Under the pieces are notes generated by a model that saw only the letters and a list, made by a program, of their open reading frames with translations, was not told where the DNA came from and searched no databases. Shown here piece by piece: positions 1-9,567 of a DNA stretch of 64,000 nt (the first letter of the stretch is position 1; each line of letters opens with the position of its first letter). The translations under genes were made by a program, and so were the position numbers. The stretch comes from Macrostomum lignano. Lineage: Eukaryota. The stretch spans positions 11,195 through 75,194 of the forward strand of contig NIVC01002532.1 in NCBI GenBank assembly GCA_002269645.1, read 5' to 3'.

Positions 1-2070
1 GCCGAACTTGGTCGCTCCGCCGACGTTGCAGTCGTCAGGGAAGTTGAGGAAGCTCAGCTGGTCTCCGGATCCGATGAAGTTCCACACGAGCGCCGCATCG
101 AGCGCCGCCGCGTTGAGGCTCAGCCGCAGTCGGAGCAGGTTGCGGATGTTCGCGTCCAGCGACACGACGGGCAGGCCGAGTCTCGCGGCCAGCAGGCTGT
201 AGACACCGATGTTGCAACCCGCGTCCAGGAAGGTCGCGTTCGGCACCTTCAGAGCCAGTCTCATGGTTGTATGGACCAGCTCACGCTCCCATTCGTGACT
301 GGTCTTGATGGCCTCAGAAATCATGTCTTTCCCAGGGTAGACGAACATCTTCACCTTGGTGTTATTCATGTCCAGCAGATCGGCGGTCGCGCTGCCAGAC
401 CGCACAACACCGAGGATTCTCTCATCGAACGGGTTCTGCAGCCGGCACATGGGGAACCCGCCCGCCGCTTTCTCGTACGCCTTGGCGCCGCTGCACAGGA
501 CGTGGCGGAGCGCCGGCTGCTGGAAGTCCACATTGCGCAGCTCATTGTAGATTTTGCAGTTTGTTTTTATTGTTGCCGGTGTTACACTTTAGACTATCCG
601 GGGTTTTTTTGTCTGGCCCGGATATCCGAACGCACATACGATATCCGCCCGGATACTGCCAAGCAAAAAACCTGCTTTGTTTTGTCCTTCCCGGATATCT
701 TGAGCTGCTTTGCATTGTCCGGGCACTTTGAGATGTCTCTCCCGGACATCCTACGGCACTGACTCTGCTATCCGGCCCGGAGATCACAAGAAGGAGAAGT
801 TGTCTTGGGACATCCGGCTGTAGGTTGAAAGAGAAGGGTCAGCCTGCGGAGACAGAGGTTTGCTTTAGGACATCCGGCTACTGATATCCGGGGCCAGAAA
901 TAGCAAAATTTCGACATCACTTTTCGCAAATTAGGAAATAACTTTTTTGCTACTTTTTCAATGGCAAACATCCGCGTCATGCTTATTTAACGGTGTATGT
1001 TTCAATATCAATTTCGCGCTTCACACACTCCAAAAAGAACTAAAATCAAAGCTAATATTCTCAACCGAAAAGCAGTCTGTTACTCCATTCACCAATCTAA
1101 TTCGATAAATCAAAAACTGGCGATCCGCTGATTGAAGCGTGATGAGCCACAGCCTTCTTCCGATGCTTTGATTGAGATGCTTTCCGTTTTCATGTTTTAA
1201 GAAACCAGCCAGCTGATAAGTATTATTGTCGAGACATTTGATGATGCGGTAGACGTCTTCTGCAGATTATCTCTCTCTTTTGTACTGAAATGTTCCGGCA
1301 GTTCAACATGCTCGTCGCTAAAAACGCTTACGTAGGACTTGGACAAGAAATATATTCCAACTATCTGAAAAGAATGTGTATTATAATTTGCGCAAACATT
1401 CCTTTGCGGGCTATTAGCTCGTACACTGATATTCATGGCATGTACGCTTGTGCGGGTACATTTAACGACAGTCTATTATCGATTTATTCTTAGACTGCAT
1501 CTTATCCGCCCCTCCCAAGCACTCTGAGTCAGTCCCATTCTCGCTTAATGATGTCATTCTGCCCCACGCATTCACATGCGCCTTATCTTGTAAATACGAG
1601 CTAATTTGACCAACTTGCCACCCTAATCTTTATTCACCCCGGACAATTCATGACCTAGGATATTTCAAAGCCCGATTTTGTTGTGCCTTGGATTATCTAG
1701 GGTAGGTTATCGCAAAGCGACAATAATTTTGCTTTGCGATGGCCCCCGGATAAATTAAGACCCCGGTGAACAGAAAGCCTAACAGGGTTGCCGGTGCTCT
1801 TGTTTGCAACTCTGTTTGCAGCGGTCGCGTAGCAGCAGCCTTCGCGACCACTGTTTCGTTTTTTCTACTCGAAATCTGTCTTTCACTTTCCTTTGAAGTT
1901 TCTACGATTTGGATTGGAGTCGGTATATGGGCATCGGAAATGAAATGCTTTTTCGAAGACCGCGGTTCGATATGGTCGCGCCATCGTACCCTGGAGTACA
2001 AAATGTACGCCATGAAGAGGGCGGTGGCGCACAAGGCGAGCAGCATAATATTTTGCTTTTGCCGAGCCAT
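1..2070 (-). CDS. FkbM-family (Methyltransf_21) SAM-dependent methyltransferase, paralog A, type II membrane anchor; interrupted by 1.2-kb insertion; runs off the left edge
   Basis: ATG at 2070 (MARQKQNIMLLALCATALFMAYILY, hydrophobic anchor) reads to ~1787. The minus frame below ~586 reads TNCKIYNELRNVDFQQPALRHVLC...KMFVYPGKDMIS...WERELVHTTMRLALKVPNATFLDAGCNIGVYSLLAA, clearly homologous to the ORF at 3549-4685. The two parts join in frame. It may be functional (spliced) or a pseudogene. Confidence 0.8.
582..1786. mobile_element. Putative non-autonomous DNA-transposon insertion with 10-bp target-site duplication
   Basis: Direct repeat GTTGCCGGTG at 572-581 and 1787-1796; removing the insert plus one copy restores the ORF. 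Many CCGGATATCC/GGACATCCGG-like subterminal motifs at 596-900 and CCCGG motifs at 1637-1765; hairpin ATCGCAAAGC...GCTTTGCGAT near 1709-1740. Terminal inverted similarity is only weak. Confidence 0.6.
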
Positions 2071-2281
2071 CAGTGGGAAGTGAACTTCAGTTGTCCCAAA
2101 TCCTGCAGTCACTTTGAACTCTGGCCACGACACGACTGGCTTCGTGAGCTTCAGGCAGAAGTATTTCAGTGCGATGCATTATTATTCCAACTCTGCTCAC
2201 TCGCCAGCAAGGACTGTTGCTCTGATTCAAGCTCACCAAACCCTATTGGCTGCTGATCGAACAAAAGATTCGGTTAGAAAA

Positions 2282-2337
2282 GACTGCGCATACTAGACTG
2301 CGCAGACTGCGCATACAAGACTGCGCAGACTGCGCAT
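2282..2337. promoter_or_regulatory. Cluster of ACTGCGCA motifs in the intergenic region of the divergent methyltransferase pair
   Basis: Five ACTGCGCA copies within ~55 bp, plus TGCGCATGC at ~2540, resembling NRF1-type half sites; regulatory function is inferred only. Confidence 0.25.
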
Positions 2338-3548
2338 TAAGGAGAGCTTACGAAAAACCTTTTACTACCCCCAGTGCAGTGTGCGATTTTTCTTAGTATA
2401 GAAAGATTGGCGATCACGCTACGCTCGTGTAGACGGCCGCTGCCAGGCATAAGCGCTGAGCTCAGGCACAAAACAGTGTGGGATAGGAATTTCCCTTGCT
2501 CCTAAGTCCGGCGCTAAGTCATAAATGATATTTGCGAGCTGCGCATGCAGTATTGGAAAACGGCAGAGTCGTGCCAATCTACGCATTTTCCTAAGCTCAT
2601 TGCATGTCGCGCAGTGCTCCAGAGGCTCCAGAGGTACACTGTAGAGAGGTTCAGAGTCAGAAGAGAAGCATACGGCAAAGCATTAGTGAAGCATTGGTGC
2701 CAGGGCAGCTGGTTACGCGCAATTGTTTAATCGTTGCAGCAGTCCGTACTGAGACGGTGCAAGCCAAACGGCAGTGACTGCAGCATAACTGAGCGGGAGA
2801 GTTGAACGTTTCATTCCGCACAAGACCAGCTACCACTGCGAGATCGCCTCGTATTACTGCCGTATTGAGAATTACGAGTCGAAGTAAGAGATAAAAGGCA
2901 AATTGGGTACACAGAGATTCACGACTTGTTACACCGTCTCGAGCCTAGTGCATTTACATTGCAACTCACAAACTGAGAGACATCTTGCCGCGCCAAAACA
3001 AAATCTCATTCAAGTGCAATAAGCTACAACCTCACGGCGGGCAGGCCCTCACGCTATGAGTACAGTACTTACATTAAACTTATAGAATCAGTCAATAGAA
3101 ACGCATAAGATCGTTAGCTCATCAAGAGTGACGCAATCCAGTGGAGCCACAGTATTGTCAATCGTTCCTCTGCCCCCCTCCAAATTGAATTGGGAGGAGA
3201 TGGGGAAAGCTAAGGCGAGAAAAATTCCTATTAAATGACTTCAGCAAAAGTGGACTGAAGCCGGAATAATGAAGTTCCGGGAATAAAATGCTCAAACGCC
3301 GCCAGTAGTTCCAGAAATGATTTTCTATTTTGACGCAAAGTCTTGATGTCCAATCTAAAACTCTTTGGTCATAAAGTCAGCAATTTCTGTACGCAAGCAC
3401 CTAAACCAATACTACAATGTGTTGTACCAGCTGCAAAGCTTTACCTGGCTTTAATTGATTTGGAATGCCAGAATGGCAAGATAAAGAGCAGAGGCGCAGC
3501 CATTAAACTCCGCGTCAAGTCAGCCAAGTCTGGGATCTGACATCCGGC

Positions 3549-4685
3549 ATGGCTCTCTCAAGGCAGAAAATTCTGGCTCTCCTACTTACTGCCTGCTGCG
3601 TCGCCTTCTGGGCGCTATTGGAAGAGAGGCAGCCAGCAAAAAGGACTCAGAAGAGCTCGAAATTCAACAGCATCAGCTGCAGGTTGGACTCTACGCTTTG
3701 CGACGCTCTGGTGGAGAGCAGCAGCGGAGCAGCTCAGCATGTAAGGTGCCACAGCCACCTGGAGCTGCGCGAATTTGACTTTCGTCACCCTAAGTTCAGG
3801 AGCATCCTCTGCAAAGATAAAAAAGCATTTGTGAGAGCTGGAGGGAGCTACCCGCTGTGTCGGCTGCAACACCCGTTCAATATTCAGTTGCTGGACGTTG
3901 TCAGGAGAGGAAGTCTGGTCGCGAAACTCCTTGATTTGAGGAATGAGTTTATCCAAATGTTTGTGTATCCTGAGAACGACGCAATTTCTATGCAGATCAT
4001 GACAAGCAAGAAGTGGGAGCCAGAAATTGTGCATACAACCATGAGACTGGCTCTGAAGGTGCCGAACGCGACCTTCCTGGACGCGGGTTGCAACATCGGT
4101 GTCTACAGCCTGCTGGCCGCGAGACTCGGCCTGCCCGTCGTGTCGCTGGACGCGAACATCCGCAACCTGCTCCGACTGCGGCTGAGCCTCAACGCGGCGG
4201 CGCTCGATGCGGCGCTCGTGTGGAACTTCATCGGATCCGGAGACCAGCTGAGCTTCCTCAACTTCCCTGACGACTGCAACGTCGGCGGAGCGACCAAGTT
4301 CGGCAGAGCCGTGATCGACTCGATCCCCGTGATGCCGGTAAGGAGCGAGCGGCTGTGCGGCCTCATCGGCACGAGGAACGTCGTCATCAAGCTGGACATC
4401 GAGGGCGGAGAGGCGGACTTCCTGAGGACGTCGGGCTGTCTGTTCAGCCAGTTCAGAGTGGCTGCAGTGCAGATGGAGTTTCTGAGGCAGCACATGGTCG
4501 GAACTGACAGAGCAACGATAGTGGACTTCTTCGCCAGCAGAAACTACTCCGCCTGGCGGACTCCGGGCTTGTCAGCGCTGGATGTCAAAAATGCCGAACT
4601 ATGGGAGGACTGCGATATATTGTGGATTCATAAGGACTTTGACCACCTTATTTACAGCGAAGGATTTACACTTTCCACTGGCTGA
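3549..4685 (+). CDS. FkbM-family (Methyltransf_21) methyltransferase, paralog B, intronless, N-terminal signal anchor (378 aa)
   Basis: Motif I FLDAGCNIGVYSL, VVSLDAN, and IKLDIEGGE typical of FkbM-like methyltransferases; hydrophobic N-terminus ILALLLTACCVAFWALL. Confidence 0.9.
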   Translation: MALSRQKILALLLTACCVAFWALLEERQPAKRTQKSSKFNSISCRLDSTLCDALVESSSGAAQHVRCHSHLELREFDFRHPKFRSILCKDKKAFVRAGGSYPLCRLQHPFNIQLLDVVRRGSLVAKLLDLRNEFIQMFVYPENDAISMQIMTSKKWEPEIVHTTMRLALKVPNATFLDAGCNIGVYSLLAARLGLPVVSLDANIRNLLRLRLSLNAAALDAALVWNFIGSGDQLSFLNFPDDCNVGGATKFGRAVIDSIPVMPVRSERLCGLIGTRNVVIKLDIEGGEADFLRTSGCLFSQFRVAAVQMEFLRQHMVGTDRATIVDFFASRNYSAWRTPGLSALDVKNAELWEDCDILWIHKDFDHLIYSEGFTLSTG

Positions 4686-5214
4686 TGCACCTTTGCTTTG
4701 TATTTCAAATTGAACATTTAACCTACAAGATTTGTCAGGCTTTCAAGGTAGCTCGTTACTGCTCCCATTGAGATCAATCTGATGAGATCAATAAATGGCA
4801 GCAGGAATACAAAAAAACGAACATGAAAAACTAACCCCCTTTAAATCCATGCCAAGTATGACATTCAAGATCACACCGCCAATAAAGAGACGCCACCTAA
4901 CTTTTCAATGACCACTTAGAAGCTGGACGAGACACAAAGTCTTACATTTTGAGACTGAACTTGCATCTCAAAGCTTTGACTCATTGCTAGTATTAATTAC
5001 ATATCAATTGCTCATCCTGGATGTAACTCGCCCGCTCTGCGTCTGTATTGGCTCATTTTTCCTGCAATTTCCGGATTCCGTCTGCCCTGCTCGCCCTACG
5101 TACCCAAGCGAGCGATGCCGCCTTGAGACGGAAATTTTTTTATTGATTTTTCTCCCTAATTACTACGAGTGTCTACAATCATACGACTAAACGGCGTTGC
5201 CCTCTCTTTTTTTA

Positions 5215-5566
5215 TTAGAGGCAGGGGGTTGTGTGCACCCTGGCGCACTTTAAGCGACATAGGCACACAACCGGCGAGAGGCATTACTGCCCATTCCGCC
5301 GACTCCCCTGAGCAGGCACACAAGCGCGCGGATACGTACGCAGGCACACACTCACACAGGAGTGTACAGCGGCCCTAACTTTATTTTATCGTTAGGCATG
5401 TACACTTCACTGCGCCTTGGGGGGTTGGCTCTCAAGGCCGTTAATTGCACGAGCAGAGCCAAGCCGAGATTCCAATTCAGCCCCAAATTAATGTGACTGC
5501 ACTTGGAATCGAGCCTGGGTCGCTGGCACACCAGAGCAGCTGCGCTACCGCTGGGCTACGGCCCCC
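5215..5566 (-). mobile_element. tRNA-derived SINE, copy 1
   Basis: Minus strand begins GGGGCCGTAGCCCAGCGGTAGCG...CCAGGCTCGATTCC (A-box TAGCCCAGCGG, B-box GGCTCGATTCC); collinear similarity over ~300 bp to 32380-32681. Confidence 0.85.
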
Positions 5567-6429
5567 CTGCGTTGCCCTCTCTGGTAAGGTACATAATAAA
5601 GTACATTTACTACTCTTTTAAATAATAAGCGTTTTTGATTCGCATAAGAAATTCGAGAATTTATTCAAATTTAATTCTAATTGAGAATGGCTAAACTGGC
5701 TTCAGGTCAGGCCTGGCAATTGCTATATTTGTATGCTTTCTGATTGTGAAATAAAATATAAAGAAAGCCACTAAGCATTCCCATGGATATTTATTACTAA
5801 ATACTACACAAGCAACGCTACAGCTAAACAAAGCAGAGCGCTAGGGTGACAGGGAAAAATCTCGATGCCAATGAAACAGTCGAATTTCACTGGTGCATGC
5901 GACTCTAATTAGGTAACTACTGACATCTAAGAGCAAAATAGCTGTAAACAATCCTATATACTAAAAATGAAATGTCTGTAACTAACTAGCTATGCGATAG
6001 ATTTCAGAAAAAATGGCTCAACCGATTTTCTTCAAACTTGCACCATTCGATCAGAAATTTTCCTGGGACGGTACATGCATCCTGGCTAAGAAATTGCTCA
6101 ATTTTAAAGGGATTAAATATTCGAAAAACATGCTTTTTTGCAAAGGTCAAGCAGCTCTTTCGACCTGGAATGCATTGTAAGAATGCTAGAGAAAAAACTG
6201 ACTGGCTCAATTCCGATTGTGATAAAGATTGCATCACAACAATTTGAAAACAGTGTCGATGAAATGCACACCCGACTTGATTAAAATTGCGTAACTATAT
6301 TGCTAACTTAAATTGAGACTGATACTGGCTGACTGAGAAATTGATTATGTCATAACTTTCTACTCCAATTGACTTGCTGTAAGAATTGAATTATAAGGGC
6401 CACAATTCATGTTCTCCAAATGAAAAGAG

Positions 6430-6495
6430 ATAGCCCAGATGCGAACAGACTGGGATGCTAATGTAGTGACCTGGGTTCGAATCTTAGTAGTGCAA
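6430..6495 (+). mobile_element. Degenerate tRNA/SINE head fragment
   Basis: TAGCCCAG (A-box-like) followed by GACCTGGGTTCGAATC (B-box); no full cloverleaf. Confidence 0.35.
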
Positions 6496-6534
6496 AAATA
6501 TTTTTTTATTAAAACATTAAAAACACAAAACTGC

Positions 6535-8790
6535 TAAACATAAAAGAACCACAATGTCAAACATAGAAGAGCCACCATGTTGAACATTAAAGAGCCACCA
6601 TGTCGAAAATTAAAGAGCCACCATGTCAAGCATAAAAGAGCCACCATGTTGAACATTAAAGAGCCAACATGTCAAACATTAAAGAGCCACCATGTAAAGC
6701 ATATATGTGACTCCATGTCAAACATATACGTGACTCCATGTCAAACAAAAAAGAGCCACGATGTAAAACATATACTTATGACTCTTTGTCGAACATAAAG
6801 AGCCACCATGTAAAGCATATACGTGACTCCATGTCAAACACATACGTGACTCCATGTCAAACATTAAAGAGCCACCAAGAAAAAAATTAAAAGCCACTAT
6901 GTCAAACATTAAAGAGCCACCATGTCAAACATTAAAGAGCCACCATATCGAACACTAAAGAGCCACCATGTCAAACATATAAGTGACTCCATGTCAAATA
7001 TATACGTGACTCCATGTCACACATAAAAGAGCCACCATGTAAAACATATACATATGACTCCATAACAAACATTAAACAGCCACCATGTCGAACATTAAAG
7101 AGCCACCATGTCAAACATAAAAGAGCCACCATGTCAAACACTAAAAAGCCACCATGTCAAACAATAAAGAGCCACCATGTCAAACATATACGTGACTACA
7201 TGTCAAACATATACGTGACTCCATGTCAAACATAAAAGAGCCACCATGTAAAACATATACTTATGACTCTTTGTCGAACATAAAGAGCCACCATGTAAAG
7301 CATTTACGTGACTCCAGGCCAAATATATACATGACTCCATGCCAAACACATACATGACTCCATGTCAAACATTAAAGAGCCACCATGTCACACATTAAAG
7401 AGCCAACATGTCAAACATTAAAGAGCCACCATGTAAAGCATATATGTGACTCCATGCCAAATATATACATGACTCCATGTCTAACACATACGTGACTCCA
7501 TGTCAAACATTAAAGAGCCACCATGTCGAACGTTAAAGAGCCACCATGTCGAACATTAAAGAGCCACAATGTAGAACATTAAAGAGCCACAATGTAGAAC
7601 ATTAAAGAGCCACCATGTCGAACGTTAAAGAGCCACCATGTCGAACATTAAAGAGCCACAATGTAGAACATTAAAGAGCCACCATGTCGAACATTAAAGA
7701 GTCACAATATTTAGAACATTAAAGAGCCACAATGTCAAACATTAAAGAGCCACCATGTCAAACATTAAAGAGCCACCATGTCAAACATTAAAGAGCCACC
7801 ATGTCAAACATATATGTGACTCCATGTCAAATATATACGTGACTCCATGTCACACATAAAAGAGCCACCATGTAAAACATATACATATGACTCAATAACA
7901 AACATTAAACAGCCACCATGTCGAACATTAAAGAGCCATCATGTCAAACATTAAAGAGCCACTATGTCAAACATTAAAGAGCCACTATGTCAAACATTAA
8001 AGAGCCACCATGTAAAGCATATATGTGACTCCATGCCAAATATATACATGACTCCATGTCTAACACATACGTGACTCCATGTCAAACATTAAAGAGCCAC
8101 CCTGTCGAACGTTAAAGAGCCACCATATCGAACATTAAAGAGCCACAATTTAGAACAATAAAGAGCCACCATGTCGAACATTAAAGAGCCACCATGTCTA
8201 ACATTAAAGAGCCACCATGTCGATTATTAAAGAGCCATCATGTCAAACAATAAAGAGCCACCATGTTGAACATTAAAGAGCCACCATGTCAAATATTAAA
8301 GAGCCACAATGTAGAACATTAAAGAACCACCATGTAGAACATTAAAAAGCCACCATGTCAAACATTAAGGAGCAAAAATGTAGAAAATTAAAGAGCCACA
8401 ATGTAGAACATTAAACAGCCACAATGTCGAGCATTAAAGAGCCACCATGTCGAACATTAAAAAGCCACCATGTCAAACATTAGAGAGCCACCATGTTGAA
8501 CATTAAAGAGCCACCATGTCAAACATTAAAGAGCCACCCTGTCGAACATTAAAGAGCCACCATGTCGAACATTAAAGAGCCACCATGTCGAACATTAAAG
8601 TACTGCCATGTCGAACGTTAAAGAGCCACCATGTCGAACATTAACGAGCCACGATGTCAAACATAAATGAGCTACCAAGTTAGACATAGAAGAGCCACCA
8701 TGTGAAACATATATGTGACTCCATGTCAAACATTAAAGAGCCACCGCTTCTAACATTACTGAGCCACCATGACAAACATAAAACTGGCAC
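6535..8790. repeat. 23-bp minisatellite with two interspersed unit types
   Basis: Units ATGTCAAACATTAAAGAGCCACC and ATGTCAAACATATACGTGACTCC, roughly 95-100 copies. Confidence 0.95.
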
Positions 8791-8899
8791 GATGTCATAA
8801 CACAGGAGAGACATTTTCAAACGTAATAAGAAGCGTCATGCCAATCATAAAGCAGCCACTAGAAAGCTAAGGAAATGTTGCACTATATACTTTTTGTCT

Positions 8900-9090
8900 G
8901 GTGGATGCTTGCTATTTAAGGATAGATACTTGCTATCAATTGGATGCTTGCTATCTGGGGGTTCTTTCTATCTGGGGTGCTTGCTATATGAGGGATGCTT
9001 GCTATCTGGGGGTGCTTGCTATCTGGGGGTGCTTGCTATCTGAGGGTACTTGCTATCTGGGGGGGGGGGGAGGGGGATGCTTGCTGTCTT
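8900..9090. repeat. ~19-bp degenerate tandem repeat
   Basis: GATGCTTGCTATCTGGGGG-like units. Confidence 0.8.
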
Positions 9091-9567
9091 GGGATGTTTT
9101 ATTTTTGCATTGTGCTTCATTTGAGCAGTTTTTCTGTTGTCTTTGTGAAGACTCTATTTGGCTGTCTTTTTGTTACTTGTAGAGAACAGAAGTTCTATCC
9201 AGATGTCCCCCATCGGGGGGCGAAGATTGCTAGTTCTTACTAAACTGGTTCTGACAGATCAAAATCGATTCATTTTATGGGCATAGCAAGTAAAATAGTT
9301 TGTTGGTTGGACAAAAACAAAATACCAACTAAAATGGTGCAGCTTTTGGGACTACGTGGCAAATCTGAGAGCTCCGTGACAGGTTTGATAAAAATTCTAC
9401 ATGGGGCTGCTCAGAGCAGGTGCTACTGAAATCAAAGGTATGTTCGCACATCCGGTGTTCTCTAAGATGAAGTTCATATTGAAAAAATTAATACTACAGC
9501 AGAGAGCAGCTCAGAGTCTGCATTCTCTTGGAGTCTCAATAATCCCAAAGTCTCATGGCCAGCGAGC

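Noticed and set aside
5480-5566. Functional tRNA gene
   Set aside because: It continues into a ~300-bp body shared with a second diverged copy and gives no clean cloverleaf, so it is a SINE head.
6535-8790. CRISPR-like or guide array near an Argonaute locus
   Set aside because: There are no unique spacers; units are contiguous variants, and the context is eukaryotic with no cas genes.
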